The notes under the pieces are model-generated. The model was not told where the DNA came from, made no database searches, and saw only the letters and a program-made list of their open reading frames with translations. Below are positions 25,406-34,907 of a DNA stretch of 51,228 nucleotides, piece by piece. A program made the translations under genes and the position numbers. Position 1 is the stretch's first letter, and every line of letters starts with the position of its first letter. This DNA is from Thermoanaerobaculia bacterium (GTDB lineage: Bacteria; Acidobacteriota; Thermoanaerobaculia; Multivoradales; UBA5704). The stretch covers positions 1 through 51,228 of the forward strand of contig JBGAGQ010000047.1 in assembly GCA_044226625.1 (NCBI GenBank). Reading direction: 5' to 3'.

Positions 25406-26620
25406 ATGACCTCGCCGACACCGACTTCGGGCCGCGCCCGAATCTCTTCGTCTCCGCTCGCCCCGCGCCCGAAGGCGGTCCTGCTGGTATTCGCCGCGGC
25501 CTTGTCGCTCGCGCTCACCGGTCGTCCGGCGCCCGCCGCCGAGGACGCACCGGCGAAGACTCTCGAACAACTGCGCGCCGCCGCGAAATCGGGCGAGCCA
25601 CAGGCCCTCCTCGATCTCGCGGACGAGCTCGCCTACGGAGCCGAGGCCACGGCGGAGTCGCAGGCGGAATCCGTCGCCTGGTTTCGCCGCGCCGCCGAGA
25701 AGGGGAGCGCCGAAGCGCAGCATCACCTAGGCCTGCTCTACTGGAGCGGCGAAGGGTTGGAGCAAGATCGCAACGAGGCGATCCGATGGTTCCGACGGGC
25801 GGCGGAGCAGGGGAACGCGAGCGCCCAGTTCTGGCTGGCGAGCGCGTATGAGTTCGGCCAGGGAGGTCTGGAAACCGACCTGGCCGAGGCCGCACGCTGG
25901 TATCGGCGCGCGGCCGACCAGGGCCAGCCGGAGGCCCAAGGAAGCCTCGGAGAGCTCTACGCCGAGGGGCGCGGCGTGCCTCGGGACGAAGCGACGGCCG
26001 TCTCGTGGTTCAAAAAAGCAGCCGATCAGAACAGCCCCTCGGGCGAGTACAGCCTGGCGGAAATGTACGCCAACGGCCGGGGCGTCCCGAAGGATGAGAA
26101 ACAGGCGTTCCTCCTCTATCAAAAGGCCGCCGACAAGGACTTCACCGCGTCGATGATCGCCCTCGGCGAGGCCTACGAACGAGGAAGCGGCGTCACTAAA
26201 GACACCGTCTGCGCCTACTTCTGGTACGGCTTCGCCGCCGAGCGCGGTTTATCCATCGGCGAGGAAAAGCGCGGCGCGCTCTCCCCTCGACTCTCCGACG
26301 CCGACCGCGCGGAAGGCGACCGCCTGATCTCGGGCGCGAGCGTCCTCGACGGTGTGGTCCAACATCCTGCCTGCCCGCGCGACCTCATCTCGATCTCGGT
26401 CACCCACTCGCCGCTGAGCGGGCTTCTCAAGGCCTTCGAATCCATAAGCGGTTTGAGGATCTTGGGCGTCGACGAGACGGTGGCCGCGCGCTCGGTGACG
26501 CTCAAGGTCGACGACGTCCCCTGGGAGAGCGCGCTCACCCAGCTGCTCGCCGGCCAAGGGCTCCGCTGGCAGCGCAACGGGGGTGTGATTCGCGTCGTCC
26601 GAGCCGAGAAGAATCGTTAG
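25406..26620 (+). CDS. Sel1-repeat protein with a C-terminal STN/secretin-N0-like domain
   Basis: Signal peptide, Sel1 repeats, C-terminal VTLKVDDVPWESALTQLLAGQGLRWQRNGGVIRV resembling PilQ N0/STN. Confidence 0.85.
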   Translation: MTSPTPTSGRARISSSPLAPRPKAVLLVFAAALSLALTGRPAPAAEDAPAKTLEQLRAAAKSGEPQALLDLADELAYGAEATAESQAESVAWFRRAAEKGSAEAQHHLGLLYWSGEGLEQDRNEAIRWFRRAAEQGNASAQFWLASAYEFGQGGLETDLAEAARWYRRAADQGQPEAQGSLGELYAEGRGVPRDEATAVSWFKKAADQNSPSGEYSLAEMYANGRGVPKDEKQAFLLYQKAADKDFTASMIALGEAYERGSGVTKDTVCAYFWYGFAAERGLSIGEEKRGALSPRLSDADRAEGDRLISGASVLDGVVQHPACPRDLISISVTHSPLSGLLKAFESISGLRILGVDETVAARSVTLKVDDVPWESALTQLLAGQGLRWQRNGGVIRVVRAEKNR

Positions 26621-26693
26621 CCGAGTCGCACCTACTCGTGGCTCCCGACGGCCGACGGAAGGGCCGGTTCGTACGTAGAAGCTCTGATCTCCC

Positions 26694-27266
26694 ATGAGTC
26701 GAGAGGGTCAAGAGGGCGTCACCCAGCTCCTGCTCGCCTGGCGGCAGGGGGACGGCCAGGCGCTCGACCGTCTGATGCCGATCGTCTACGCGGAGCTGCA
26801 CCGGCTCGCGCATTCCCACATGCAGGGCGAGCGGCAGGGGCATCTCCTGCAGACGACCGCGCTGGTCCACGAGGCCTACGTCCGCCTGGTCGGTCAGGAG
26901 CGCGACTGGCAGGGGCGCGGCCATTTCTTCGCGGTCGCGGCGCAGACGATGCGGCGCATCCTGGTCGATTTCGCGCGCCGCCGCGAAGCCGAGAAACGCG
27001 GGGGCGGCGCGATCGCCATCCCTCTCGACGAGGAGATCTTCGCGATCGAGCGATCGGACGAGCTGGTTCGCCTCGACGACGCGCTCGAAGCGTTCGCACG
27101 GATCGACGCGCGCAAGGCGAAGGTGGTGGAGCTGCGCTTCTTCGGCGGCCTTTCGATCGAGGAGACCGCCGCGGCGCTCGACCTCTCGCACGCGACGGTG
27201 GAGCGAGATCTGAAATTCGCCCGCGCCTGGCTGCAGCGCGCGATGGACGCGACCCGGCAAGCGTGA
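26694..27266 (+). CDS. ECF sigma factor, TIGR02999/ECF43 type
   Basis: VTQLLLAWRQGD..ALDRLMPIVYAELHRLA, LQTTALVHEAY, MRRILVDFARRR..KRGG, VVELRFFGGLS.EE. Confidence 0.95.
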   Translation: MSREGQEGVTQLLLAWRQGDGQALDRLMPIVYAELHRLAHSHMQGERQGHLLQTTALVHEAYVRLVGQERDWQGRGHFFAVAAQTMRRILVDFARRREAEKRGGGAIAIPLDEEIFAIERSDELVRLDDALEAFARIDARKAKVVELRFFGGLSIEETAAALDLSHATVERDLKFARAWLQRAMDATRQA

Positions 27267-30022
27267 GCGATCGAGAGCCCACAACTCCGTCGCCTTCGTC
27301 CGCTCCGACCTCCCGGGTGGAGGAGATCTTCTTCGAGGCGCTCGACCTTCCCGACGCCGCTCGCGACCTCCATCTCGCGAAGCTCGCCGAGTGCGAGCCC
27401 GAGGCGGTCCAGGAGGTGCGGGCACTCCTCCCCTACGCCGAGCCGGGCCCGATCGAACGGGCGGTCTCGGCCGGCCTGGCGCTCGCGTCGGAGAGCGAAT
27501 CGTTCACGGAGCGTGAGGTCCCCGACCGGATCGGTCCCTGGCGCCGGCGAGACGAGATCGGCCGCGGCGGCTCGGCCACGGTCTACCTCGCCGAGCGCGA
27601 GGAACCGTTTCACCAGATCGTCGCGCTGAAGGTGCTCCGATCGAGCTTCGCTTCCGGCGAGATCGCGCGGCGCCTCGCCCAGGAGCGGCGGATCCTCGCC
27701 CGACTCGAGCATCCGGGGATCGCGCGTTTGATCGACGGCGGCACCTTGCCGGACGGCCGGCCTTATCTCGTCATGGAACGGGTCGACGGCCTGCCGATCG
27801 ACCTCTACGCGGTGCGCGAAGGTCTCTCGCTCCGCGGGCGGATCGAGCTGTTTCATGCCGCTTGCGCCGCGGTTCAGTTCGCGCATCAAAACCTGGTGGT
27901 CCATCGGGATTTGAAGCCGAGCAACCTGCTGGTCTCCGCCGACGGACAGCCGAAGCTGCTCGACTTTGGGATCGCCAAGCTCCTGCAGAGCGACGCCCCT
28001 GTGGCCTCCACGGCGAGCGGTCCCTTGGCCGTTTCGACGGGAGATCCAGCGAGGGATCCGGCGATCCATCCCGAAACCGAGGCGGGCTGGCGGCTGCTCA
28101 CTCCGGCTTTCGCCGCGCCGGAGCAGATCCTCGGCCTGCCGCCGACCACGGCGACCGACGTCTACGCGCTCGGCGTCCTGCTCTACCGGCTCCTCTGCGG
28201 CCGGCATCCCTATCCGCTGGACGGGACCGGCCGGGCCGTCGAGCTTCGCGTCCTCGACCTCGAGCCCGATCTCGCGAGCCGCGCGCTCGAGCGACGCCCC
28301 GCTCTGCTCGACGATCCGCTCTGGGCGACGGCGGAATCCCGGGCGCGCCTCGGGCGGGCACTGCGCGGCGACCTCGACGGCATCCTTGCCAAAGCGCTGG
28401 CGAAGGCCCCGGACCAGCGCTATTCCTCCGTCGAGCAGCTCGCCGAAGACCTCTCCCGCCATCTCGCGGGTCTGCCGGTGCGGGCGCGGCGTCCGACGTT
28501 CTCCTACCGCGTCGGGCGCTTCACGCGCCGCCACCGGATCGCGCTCGCCGCCGGGGCGCTCGCCGCCGCGGGTCTCGTCGGCGGAGCGGCCGCCGCGATC
28601 TGGCAGGCGCGTGAGGCGCTCGCCGCGCGGACGCGGGCGGAACGGGCGCTGCACGAGTCGGAGCTGTCGCGACGGCGCACCGAGCGGGTCACCCGATTTC
28701 TCATCGATCTGTTCGAGGCCCCCGATCCCGCGCGCGCCCGCGGCACCGAGGTGAGCGCCCGCGAGCTGCTCGACCGCGGCGCCCGCACGGCGCGCCGCGA
28801 GCTTTCCGCGGAGCCCGCGCTCGCCGCCGCGATGCTCGACACGATGGGCCAGGTCTACGGCAAGCTAGGCGCGTTCGACCAGGCCGAGCCGCTGCTCTCC
28901 GAATCGCTGAAGCTCGCCGAGCGGACGCTCGGCCCAGGCGCCCCGGGAACCGCCGAGAGTAGGTCGCGGCTCGGCCTCGTTCTCGTCCAGCGCGGGCGGT
29001 ATGCCGAGGCGGAGGGCGCCCTGCGCCGAGCGCTCGCGGATCAAGAGAAGGCTCGCGCGGGCGACGCGGCGCTCGGCCAGACCCTTTCGAACCTCGGCAT
29101 GGCGCTCTACCACCAGGCGCGCTGGGAGGAGGCCGAGCGGGCGCTCTCCCGCTCGCTCGCGGTGAGGAGGCGGGGGCTCGGACCCGGCCATCCCGAGACG
29201 ATCGAGACGCTCAACAACCTTGCCGCGGTCTGGCTCGCCCGAGGGGATCTCGCGCGAGCCGAAAGCGCGCTCCGCGAGGCGCTCGCCCGCCACCGCGCGA
29301 CGCTCGGTCCCGAGCACCCCTCGGTCGCGACGAACCTCAACAACCTGGGCGCGCTGCTCGCGCAAGCGGGCCGCCTGGACGAGGCCGAAAGCGCGACCGA
29401 GAACGCCCTCGCGATCCGCCGGAAGGTGCTGGGCCAGGACCATCCGCAGGTCGCCGAGACCCTGGCGAATCTGGGGTGGATCCGGCTCGAGCGGAAAGAG
29501 CTCGACGGTGCCCGCGCCGCTTACGCGGAAGCCCGCGCGAGCACGATCGCCGAGCTGGGCGCCGACCATCCGAACGTGGCGCGGATCGAGGCAAACCTGG
29601 GCGACGTCGAACGCGCGGCCGAGCGGCTCGGCGAGGCGGCGGGCCACTACCGCGCGGCCCTCGCCATCCGCCGCCGGACCGCGCCGAAGGGCGATCCGCG
29701 CCTGGCCTATCCCCTGCTCCGGCTCGGCGATCTCGCTCTCGAACGGGGGGACGCCGCCGGCGCCGAGCCGTTGCTGGCCGAGGCCGAGGCGATCCAGGTC
29801 GCCGCCTATCCCGCCGAGTCGTGGCAGGTGGCCGAGGCGCGAAGCCTCCTCGGCCGTTCCCGCGTCGCGCTCGGCCGGCGCGACGGCGCGGAGATGCTCG
29901 CGGGCGTCCTGCCCACCCTTCGCCGCACCCTCGGCACCGAACACCGGCTGACCCGCGCGGCGGAGCGGGCCCTCGCGGGACCGGTCACCGCGGCGGGCGG
30001 CACTCCCCGATCACGACGCTGA
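27263..30022 (+). CDS. Membrane Ser/Thr protein kinase with C-terminal TPR repeats
   Basis: GRGG, VALK, HRDLKPSN, LLDFGIAK, APEQ, DVYALG, one TM segment, TPR repeats (HP.T...LNNL). GTGA overlap with the sigma gene. Confidence 0.95.
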   Translation: MSDREPTTPSPSSAPTSRVEEIFFEALDLPDAARDLHLAKLAECEPEAVQEVRALLPYAEPGPIERAVSAGLALASESESFTEREVPDRIGPWRRRDEIGRGGSATVYLAEREEPFHQIVALKVLRSSFASGEIARRLAQERRILARLEHPGIARLIDGGTLPDGRPYLVMERVDGLPIDLYAVREGLSLRGRIELFHAACAAVQFAHQNLVVHRDLKPSNLLVSADGQPKLLDFGIAKLLQSDAPVASTASGPLAVSTGDPARDPAIHPETEAGWRLLTPAFAAPEQILGLPPTTATDVYALGVLLYRLLCGRHPYPLDGTGRAVELRVLDLEPDLASRALERRPALLDDPLWATAESRARLGRALRGDLDGILAKALAKAPDQRYSSVEQLAEDLSRHLAGLPVRARRPTFSYRVGRFTRRHRIALAAGALAAAGLVGGAAAAIWQAREALAARTRAERALHESELSRRRTERVTRFLIDLFEAPDPARARGTEVSARELLDRGARTARRELSAEPALAAAMLDTMGQVYGKLGAFDQAEPLLSESLKLAERTLGPGAPGTAESRSRLGLVLVQRGRYAEAEGALRRALADQEKARAGDAALGQTLSNLGMALYHQARWEEAERALSRSLAVRRRGLGPGHPETIETLNNLAAVWLARGDLARAESALREALARHRATLGPEHPSVATNLNNLGALLAQAGRLDEAESATENALAIRRKVLGQDHPQVAETLANLGWIRLERKELDGARAAYAEARASTIAELGADHPNVARIEANLGDVERAAERLGEAAGHYRAALAIRRRTAPKGDPRLAYPLLRLGDLALERGDAAGAEPLLAEAEAIQVAAYPAESWQVAEARSLLGRSRVALGRRDGAEMLAGVLPTLRRTLGTEHRLTRAAERALAGPVTAAGGTPRSRR

Positions 30023-31295
30023 TCTGGTCCGGATCGATCGGCTGCGGCAACGGATCGAGGAACGGGCTCGGCCCGCTGATCCGGCCGACCTCCACCCGCG
30101 GCGGCACCGCGCAGGCCGCCTCGCCCGTGGAGCGAACCGCGTAGGCGACCCGGGCCTCCGCGATGCCGCGGTCGATCCCGCGAGGGGCCTGGAGCTCGCT
30201 CCAGAGCTCGACTTGCCACTCGATCGCCCCGGCCGTTCCGGCCCAGGTTCGGATCGTTTCGAATCGGTCGTCGCCGTTGGGCGTGGTCGCGGCCCGGCCG
30301 TCCGACGCGCCGAGCACCGCCCCGCCGTCCGCGTCGACCGCGAACGACCACCCGGAGCGCGTCGCCGCGCTCGGGATTCCCTCGGCCAGCGCCGAAGCCC
30401 CGCCGAGGAACGTCGCATCCGCCTGCGCCACGCCCGCGCAGGCTCCGCACGGGGCGAGGCGAACACGCGGCCAGGAGACGGCGGCTCCCCTTTCGCCCAG
30501 GGACAGCCGGATCTTCTCGTCGCCGTCCCGCCGGGCGGTCCAGCAGGCGGTCTCCAGCTGCATGGCTCCCTTCCAGATCCGCCGCGCCGAGAGGCCGTCT
30601 TCTCGTACCCCGCGGTCGTAGATTCCGAGCGAGATCCCGGAACCGCCGCACGCGGCCGGCGTGGTCGAGTAAGCCCAGCGACAGCGACACGAGCCGTCGG
30701 CCTCACCAGCGAGCCGGAACGCGAGGTCGCGCGCCGCGCCGAGCAGGGAGGGATCCTCCTCGACCGCCGAGGCGAGCAGATCGGTCGAAGCCGCGTCGCC
30801 CGCGCGCAACGCCGTGGCGAGCCGCGAATCCATCCATACCGCTCCGCCCGCCGTCACCCCCAGCTCCGGCACGAACCGGCAAACCGGGCCGTCGCAGCTC
30901 ATGCTGACTGTGAACGGAGCGGGAGGCGCCACCTCGCGCCCCGCCGCGTCGCGGAGGCGGATCCGGTAGTCGAAGCCGTCGAGGGCGAAGCGCTCGACCG
31001 CGCGGGGAAACGCCGCCGCCACCCGAGCAGGAGCCATCGAGCCGACGATCACGCTTGCCTTCTCCACCCCCGCGGCGGTCTCGAGGGTGATCGCGAGCTT
31101 CGCCGGCGCTCCTCGATAGAACCCGATCTCGGCCTCGAGGTCCGCACCGTTCGCGCGAAGCGCGAGGACCTCAGCGGTTCCAGCGGGCGCCACCCCATCC
31201 GCCGCAAACGTCGCGTGCGACGAGAGCAAAGCCATCAGCGGCAGCGATGCCGCAAGGTTCCGGGCGATCCGGAGCCCGACCGATTCATTCGACAT
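29985..31295 (-). CDS. Secreted hypothetical protein, Cys-containing
   Basis: GGAGGAG RBS, signal peptide ending TFA-A, 436-aa ORF with paired Cys. Convergent with the kinase gene, 38-bp overlap. Confidence 0.7.
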   Translation of the reverse strand: MSNESVGLRIARNLAASLPLMALLSSHATFAADGVAPAGTAEVLALRANGADLEAEIGFYRGAPAKLAITLETAAGVEKASVIVGSMAPARVAAAFPRAVERFALDGFDYRIRLRDAAGREVAPPAPFTVSMSCDGPVCRFVPELGVTAGGAVWMDSRLATALRAGDAASTDLLASAVEEDPSLLGAARDLAFRLAGEADGSCRCRWAYSTTPAACGGSGISLGIYDRGVREDGLSARRIWKGAMQLETACWTARRDGDEKIRLSLGERGAAVSWPRVRLAPCGACAGVAQADATFLGGASALAEGIPSAATRSGWSFAVDADGGAVLGASDGRAATTPNGDDRFETIRTWAGTAGAIEWQVELWSELQAPRGIDRGIAEARVAYAVRSTGEAACAVPPRVEVGRISGPSPFLDPLPQPIDPDQISVVIGECRPPR

Positions 31296-31526
31296 GGGAT
31301 CTCCTCCACGAGAGAGCTGCCGCGGGCGCGACGCCTTCTCCGTTTTTCGGCTCAAATAGGTAGCTCGAGCGTCCCGCCCGAGTTTCTGGCTGGGGCTTCG
31401 GCCCCGAATTCTCACACCGAACAGTCAGGCGCAAACCGCTCTCGGAATCCCTCATCCGGCCGTTCACCCGCCCGTGGCTCGCGGCACTGGACTTGCACTT
31501 TTGGGCCTGCCGAAAGGAGCTCACCC

Positions 31527-31760
31527 ATGGCGACCTGCACCGTTTGCGGCAACGAATACGACAACAGCTTCGACATCACGCTGGCGGGCGAAACCTACAC
31601 CTGCGACAGCTTCGAGTGCGCAATCCATCTCCTGGCCCCGGTCTGCAATCACTGTGGTTGCCGGATCATCGGGCATGGCGTCGAGGCCGAGGGGTTGATG
31701 TATTGCTGCGCTCACTGCGCCAAGGAATCGGGACAGCTCGAAATGCGCGACCGGGTTTGA
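31527..31760 (+). CDS. Small Cys/His-rich metal-binding protein (prokaryotic metallothionein-like)
   Basis: AAAGGAG RBS; CTVCGN...CDSFECAIH..APVCNHCGCRIIGHG...YCCAHCA. Confidence 0.85.
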   Translation: MATCTVCGNEYDNSFDITLAGETYTCDSFECAIHLLAPVCNHCGCRIIGHGVEAEGLMYCCAHCAKESGQLEMRDRV

Positions 31761-31850
31761 CCCCCGCGTCCGTCTCTCGCCCGGCCTGCAGGTTTTTCCC
31801 CACCGAACCGTCGGATTTTCCGGCCCTTTGGGACCGAGGAGGAGATGTCG

Positions 31851-32024
31851 ATGAGCTGGATCGTGATGCTCTGGATCGCCGCCGGAATCACCGCGTTGAT
31901 CGCCTTGACCGGCATCAAGCCCAAAGGAACGCGGCCGGTTTCCCACACCTACCTGATCAACGCCGCGCGCGTCTGCTTCGTCATCATCCTCCTGATCCTC
32001 GCCGCGATGGCGTTCCGGGGGTGA
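31851..32024 (+). CDS. Small two-TM membrane protein (57 aa, below the ORF-track cutoff)
   Basis: GAGGAGG RBS; MSWIVMLWIAAGITALIALTGIKPKGTRPVSHTYLINAARVCFVIILLILAAMAFRG. Confidence 0.7.
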   Translation: MSWIVMLWIAAGITALIALTGIKPKGTRPVSHTYLINAARVCFVIILLILAAMAFRG

Positions 32025-32109
32025 CCCTCGTCGATCTCCGTGATCTCGGAGAGCGCGCCTTCCGGCCTGAGCCTGGTAGCCTTGGAGCCTTCCTTCGAGG
32101 CCAACGGAC

Positions 32110-32853
32110 ATGCGCATCGCTCTCCTCTCGGACATCCACGGCAACCTGGCCGCGCTCGAGGCGGTCGTGGCCGATCTGCGCCCGCGCGGCGTCGACCGAA
32201 TCATCAACCTGGGAGACCTGGCATCCGGTCCGCTCCTGCCTCGCGAGACGGCGGAGTACCTCCAGGCCGAGGGTTGGCTCACGATCGCGGGCAACCATGA
32301 ACGCCAGTTGCTGACGCTGGAAGCCGGCGAGCGGGGCGCCTCGGACGAGTACGCCCACTCCTGCCTGAGCGAGCGTGACTTCGACTGGTTCCGTACCTTT
32401 CCCGCGACGTTTCAACTGGAGCCCGAGATCTTCCTCTGCCACGGCACGCCGGAGAGCGACAACGACTATTTTCTCGAATCGGTCGAAGGGCCCAGGGCAC
32501 GGCTCGCCACCCGCGAGGAAATCGATTCGCGCCTCGGCGGCCAGGCCTCCGCGGTCGTCGCCTGCGGACACACCCACGTGCCCCGCTCGGTCCGAAACGC
32601 CCGCGGTCAGCTACTCGTCAATCCCGGCAGCGTCGGCCTCCAGGCATTCTTCCACGACGTTCCGACGCTGCATTCCGTCGACAACGGTTCACCGGATGCG
32701 CGCTACGCGATCCTCGAACGGGGCCGAAGCGGTTGGACCGTCCAGCACCTCACCGTCCCCTACGATCACCACGCGATGGCCGATCTAGCGAAGAAGCGCG
32801 ACCGGCCCGATTGGGACCAGGCGTTGCGGACCGGCTATGTCACCGGCGGCTAG
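32110..32853 (+). CDS. Metallophosphoesterase
   Basis: SDIHGN, LGD, GNHE, CHG, GHTH, NPGSVG. Confidence 0.93.
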   Translation: MRIALLSDIHGNLAALEAVVADLRPRGVDRIINLGDLASGPLLPRETAEYLQAEGWLTIAGNHERQLLTLEAGERGASDEYAHSCLSERDFDWFRTFPATFQLEPEIFLCHGTPESDNDYFLESVEGPRARLATREEIDSRLGGQASAVVACGHTHVPRSVRNARGQLLVNPGSVGLQAFFHDVPTLHSVDNGSPDARYAILERGRSGWTVQHLTVPYDHHAMADLAKKRDRPDWDQALRTGYVTGG

Positions 32854-32911
32854 CCCGACCGCTCGCTCCAAGGATCGCGTAAGCATCCGGCCACGATGAT
32901 CCTCAGGGGTC

Positions 32912-32940
32912 TTGGCACAGCTCCATTACCACGGTAATCT
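32912..32940 (+). promoter_or_regulatory. Sigma70 promoter with overlapping operator palindrome for the TA operon
   Basis: TTGGCA-N17-TAATCT; palindrome ATTACC-AC-GGTAAT at 32925-32938; ATG 6 nt after the -10. Confidence 0.7.
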
Positions 32941-32946
32941 AGCTTC

Positions 32947-33207
32947 ATGGCAATCGCAACGTCGAAGCTCACGGCACAGGGCCAGATCTCGGTACCCGCC
33001 GAGGTCCGGCGCAAGCTCGGCATCGGTCCCGGATCGGTTCTCGAATGGGAACAAGAGGGCGAGAAGATCCTGGTCCGGCGCGGGGGACGCTACTCTTCGG
33101 AAGACCTGCATCAGGCGTTGTTCAGCGTGGCCCCGAAGCGCCGTTCCCTCGAAGAGCTGAAGGAAGGGATTCGCACCCACATCAAGAGCCGGCATGCGCG
33201 CGGTTGA
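32947..33207 (+). CDS. AbrB/MazE/SpoVT family antitoxin
   Basis: SKLTAQGQISVPAEVRRKLGIGPGSVLEW swapped-hairpin motif; overlaps the PIN gene. Confidence 0.92.
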   Translation: MAIATSKLTAQGQISVPAEVRRKLGIGPGSVLEWEQEGEKILVRRGGRYSSEDLHQALFSVAPKRRSLEELKEGIRTHIKSRHARG

Positions 33208-33574
33208 TACCAATGTCCTGGTTCGCCTGATCGCACGCGACGACGAGCGCCAAGCCCAAGCGGCCGAGGCCTTCATCGCCGGAGGTGCCTGGGTCTCGCA
33301 CCTCGTCCTCGTCGAAGCGATGTGGGTTCTCGGCTCGGTCTACGAACTAGCCTCGGCCAAGATCGCGACCGCTATCGAAATCCTTCTCGATCATCGCGAT
33401 TTGACGCTTCAAGAGCCCGAGGTCGTGGCGGCTGCGCTCAACCTCTTCCGCGAACGCCCGAAGCTCGGCTTTTCCGATTGCTTGATCCTCGAAGTGGCCC
33501 GGCGGGCAAGGCATCTACCTCTTGGCACGTTCGACCGCGAGCTTTCCCATGTCGAGGGGACGGCCAAGCTCTGA
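33194..33574 (+). CDS. vapC: VapC family PIN-domain toxin
   Basis: AVDTNVLVR, LVEAMWVL, GFSDCLI, TFD acidic tetrad. Confidence 0.92.
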   Translation: MRAVDTNVLVRLIARDDERQAQAAEAFIAGGAWVSHLVLVEAMWVLGSVYELASAKIATAIEILLDHRDLTLQEPEVVAAALNLFRERPKLGFSDCLILEVARRARHLPLGTFDRELSHVEGTAKL

Positions 33575-33604
33575 TCTCGCAAAGCCGCCGCGGCTGGACT
33601 CGAT

Positions 33605-34870
33605 TTACCGCCGCAGCCGCCGGGCCTCCGCCTCCAGTCCGGCACCTAGCGCGAACAGCTCTTCGTCGCGGCCGAAACGTCCCACTACCTGAAGGCCCAT
33701 CGGCAGCCGCTCGGCGCTCTCTCCGGCCGGTAGGCAGAGAGCGGGGAGCCCCGCCTGAGTCCAGGGGATGTTCATCACCGGATCGCCCGTGCTTCCGAGC
33801 CCTCGCGGCGCCGGGCCTTGCGCGGGAGGCGCGATCCAGAGGTCGATCCCTTCGCGGTCCATGACCGACTCGATCTCCGGACGGAGCATCGCCGCGTCCT
33901 CGAGGTCGCGAGCGAGATCGGCGTCGCTTAGCGCGAGCCCGCGCTCGAGCAGCTCTTTCGTTCTTCGATCATAGAGATCGGCATAGAGGGGATACCAGCC
34001 GGCGGCGGTATGGGCGCGGGCGGCCTCGGCCGCGACCACGCGGCGATGCCGCGCGGCGATCTCTTCGAAGTCGGCGAAGATCGCCACGGGCACGACCTCG
34101 TATCCGCCTCGGGCCATGCGCTCGGCGACCCGCTGAAAGTGGACCTGGCCTTCGGCTCCGGCATTTTCGAGATACGGACCTTCGGGGAGACCGATGCGCG
34201 GCTTGCCCGATGCCTTCGAGCGCGGCGGAACCGGCCGCCAGTCGCGGCAGAGCACGCGGGCGCCGCGGAGCGCCGTCGCCACGTCCGGCGCGAACAGTCC
34301 GACGTGATCGAACGACGGTGCGAGCGGGATCACCCCTTTGCGGGAGATCCGATCGTAGGTCGGCTTCCAACCGACGACGCCGCAATAGGCCGCGGGTCGG
34401 ATGATCGAGCCGATCGTCTGCGTCCCCAACGCGAGCGGACAGAGGCCCGCGCCCACCGCCGCGGCTGAGCCGCTGCTCGATCCGCCCGGCGTGTGCTCCG
34501 GGTTCCGCGGGTTCCTCGTCGGACCGGGCGCGAAGTAAGCGAACTCGGTCGAGACCGTCTTTCCCAGGACGAGGGCTCCCGCCGCGCGCAACGCGGCAAC
34601 CGCCGGCCCTTCCTCCCCCTCCAAAGCTTCGAGCGGAAGCCGGCTTCCCGCGCCGGTCGCGAAGCCGGAAACGTGGAAGATGTCCTTGATGCCGATCGGC
34701 ACCCCGAACAGAGCGGGCCGGCTCGCCGGGTCGGGAAAGCGCGCTTCGAGATCGGCCGCCTCGCGGCGTAGCCGCCCGAAACGGTCCTCTTCCGGCAGGA
34801 AAGCGAGAACCTCGGGCTCGCGCTCGGCGAACAGAGCCTCCGAGTCGGCCCCTTCCGATAGGCCGCTCAT
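33605..34870 (-). CDS. Amidase-signature family amidase
   Basis: GVPIGIKD, GKTVSTEFA, TPGGSSSGSAAAV, GTQTIGSIIRPAAYCG. Confidence 0.93.
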   Translation of the reverse strand: MSGLSEGADSEALFAEREPEVLAFLPEEDRFGRLRREAADLEARFPDPASRPALFGVPIGIKDIFHVSGFATGAGSRLPLEALEGEEGPAVAALRAAGALVLGKTVSTEFAYFAPGPTRNPRNPEHTPGGSSSGSAAAVGAGLCPLALGTQTIGSIIRPAAYCGVVGWKPTYDRISRKGVIPLAPSFDHVGLFAPDVATALRGARVLCRDWRPVPPRSKASGKPRIGLPEGPYLENAGAEGQVHFQRVAERMARGGYEVVPVAIFADFEEIAARHRRVVAAEAARAHTAAGWYPLYADLYDRRTKELLERGLALSDADLARDLEDAAMLRPEIESVMDREGIDLWIAPPAQGPAPRGLGSTGDPVMNIPWTQAGLPALCLPAGESAERLPMGLQVVGRFGRDEELFALGAGLEAEARRLRR

Positions 34871-34907
34871 GCGAGCCCACCGCGCGAGGGAACGGCTTGC
34901 GATCGCT

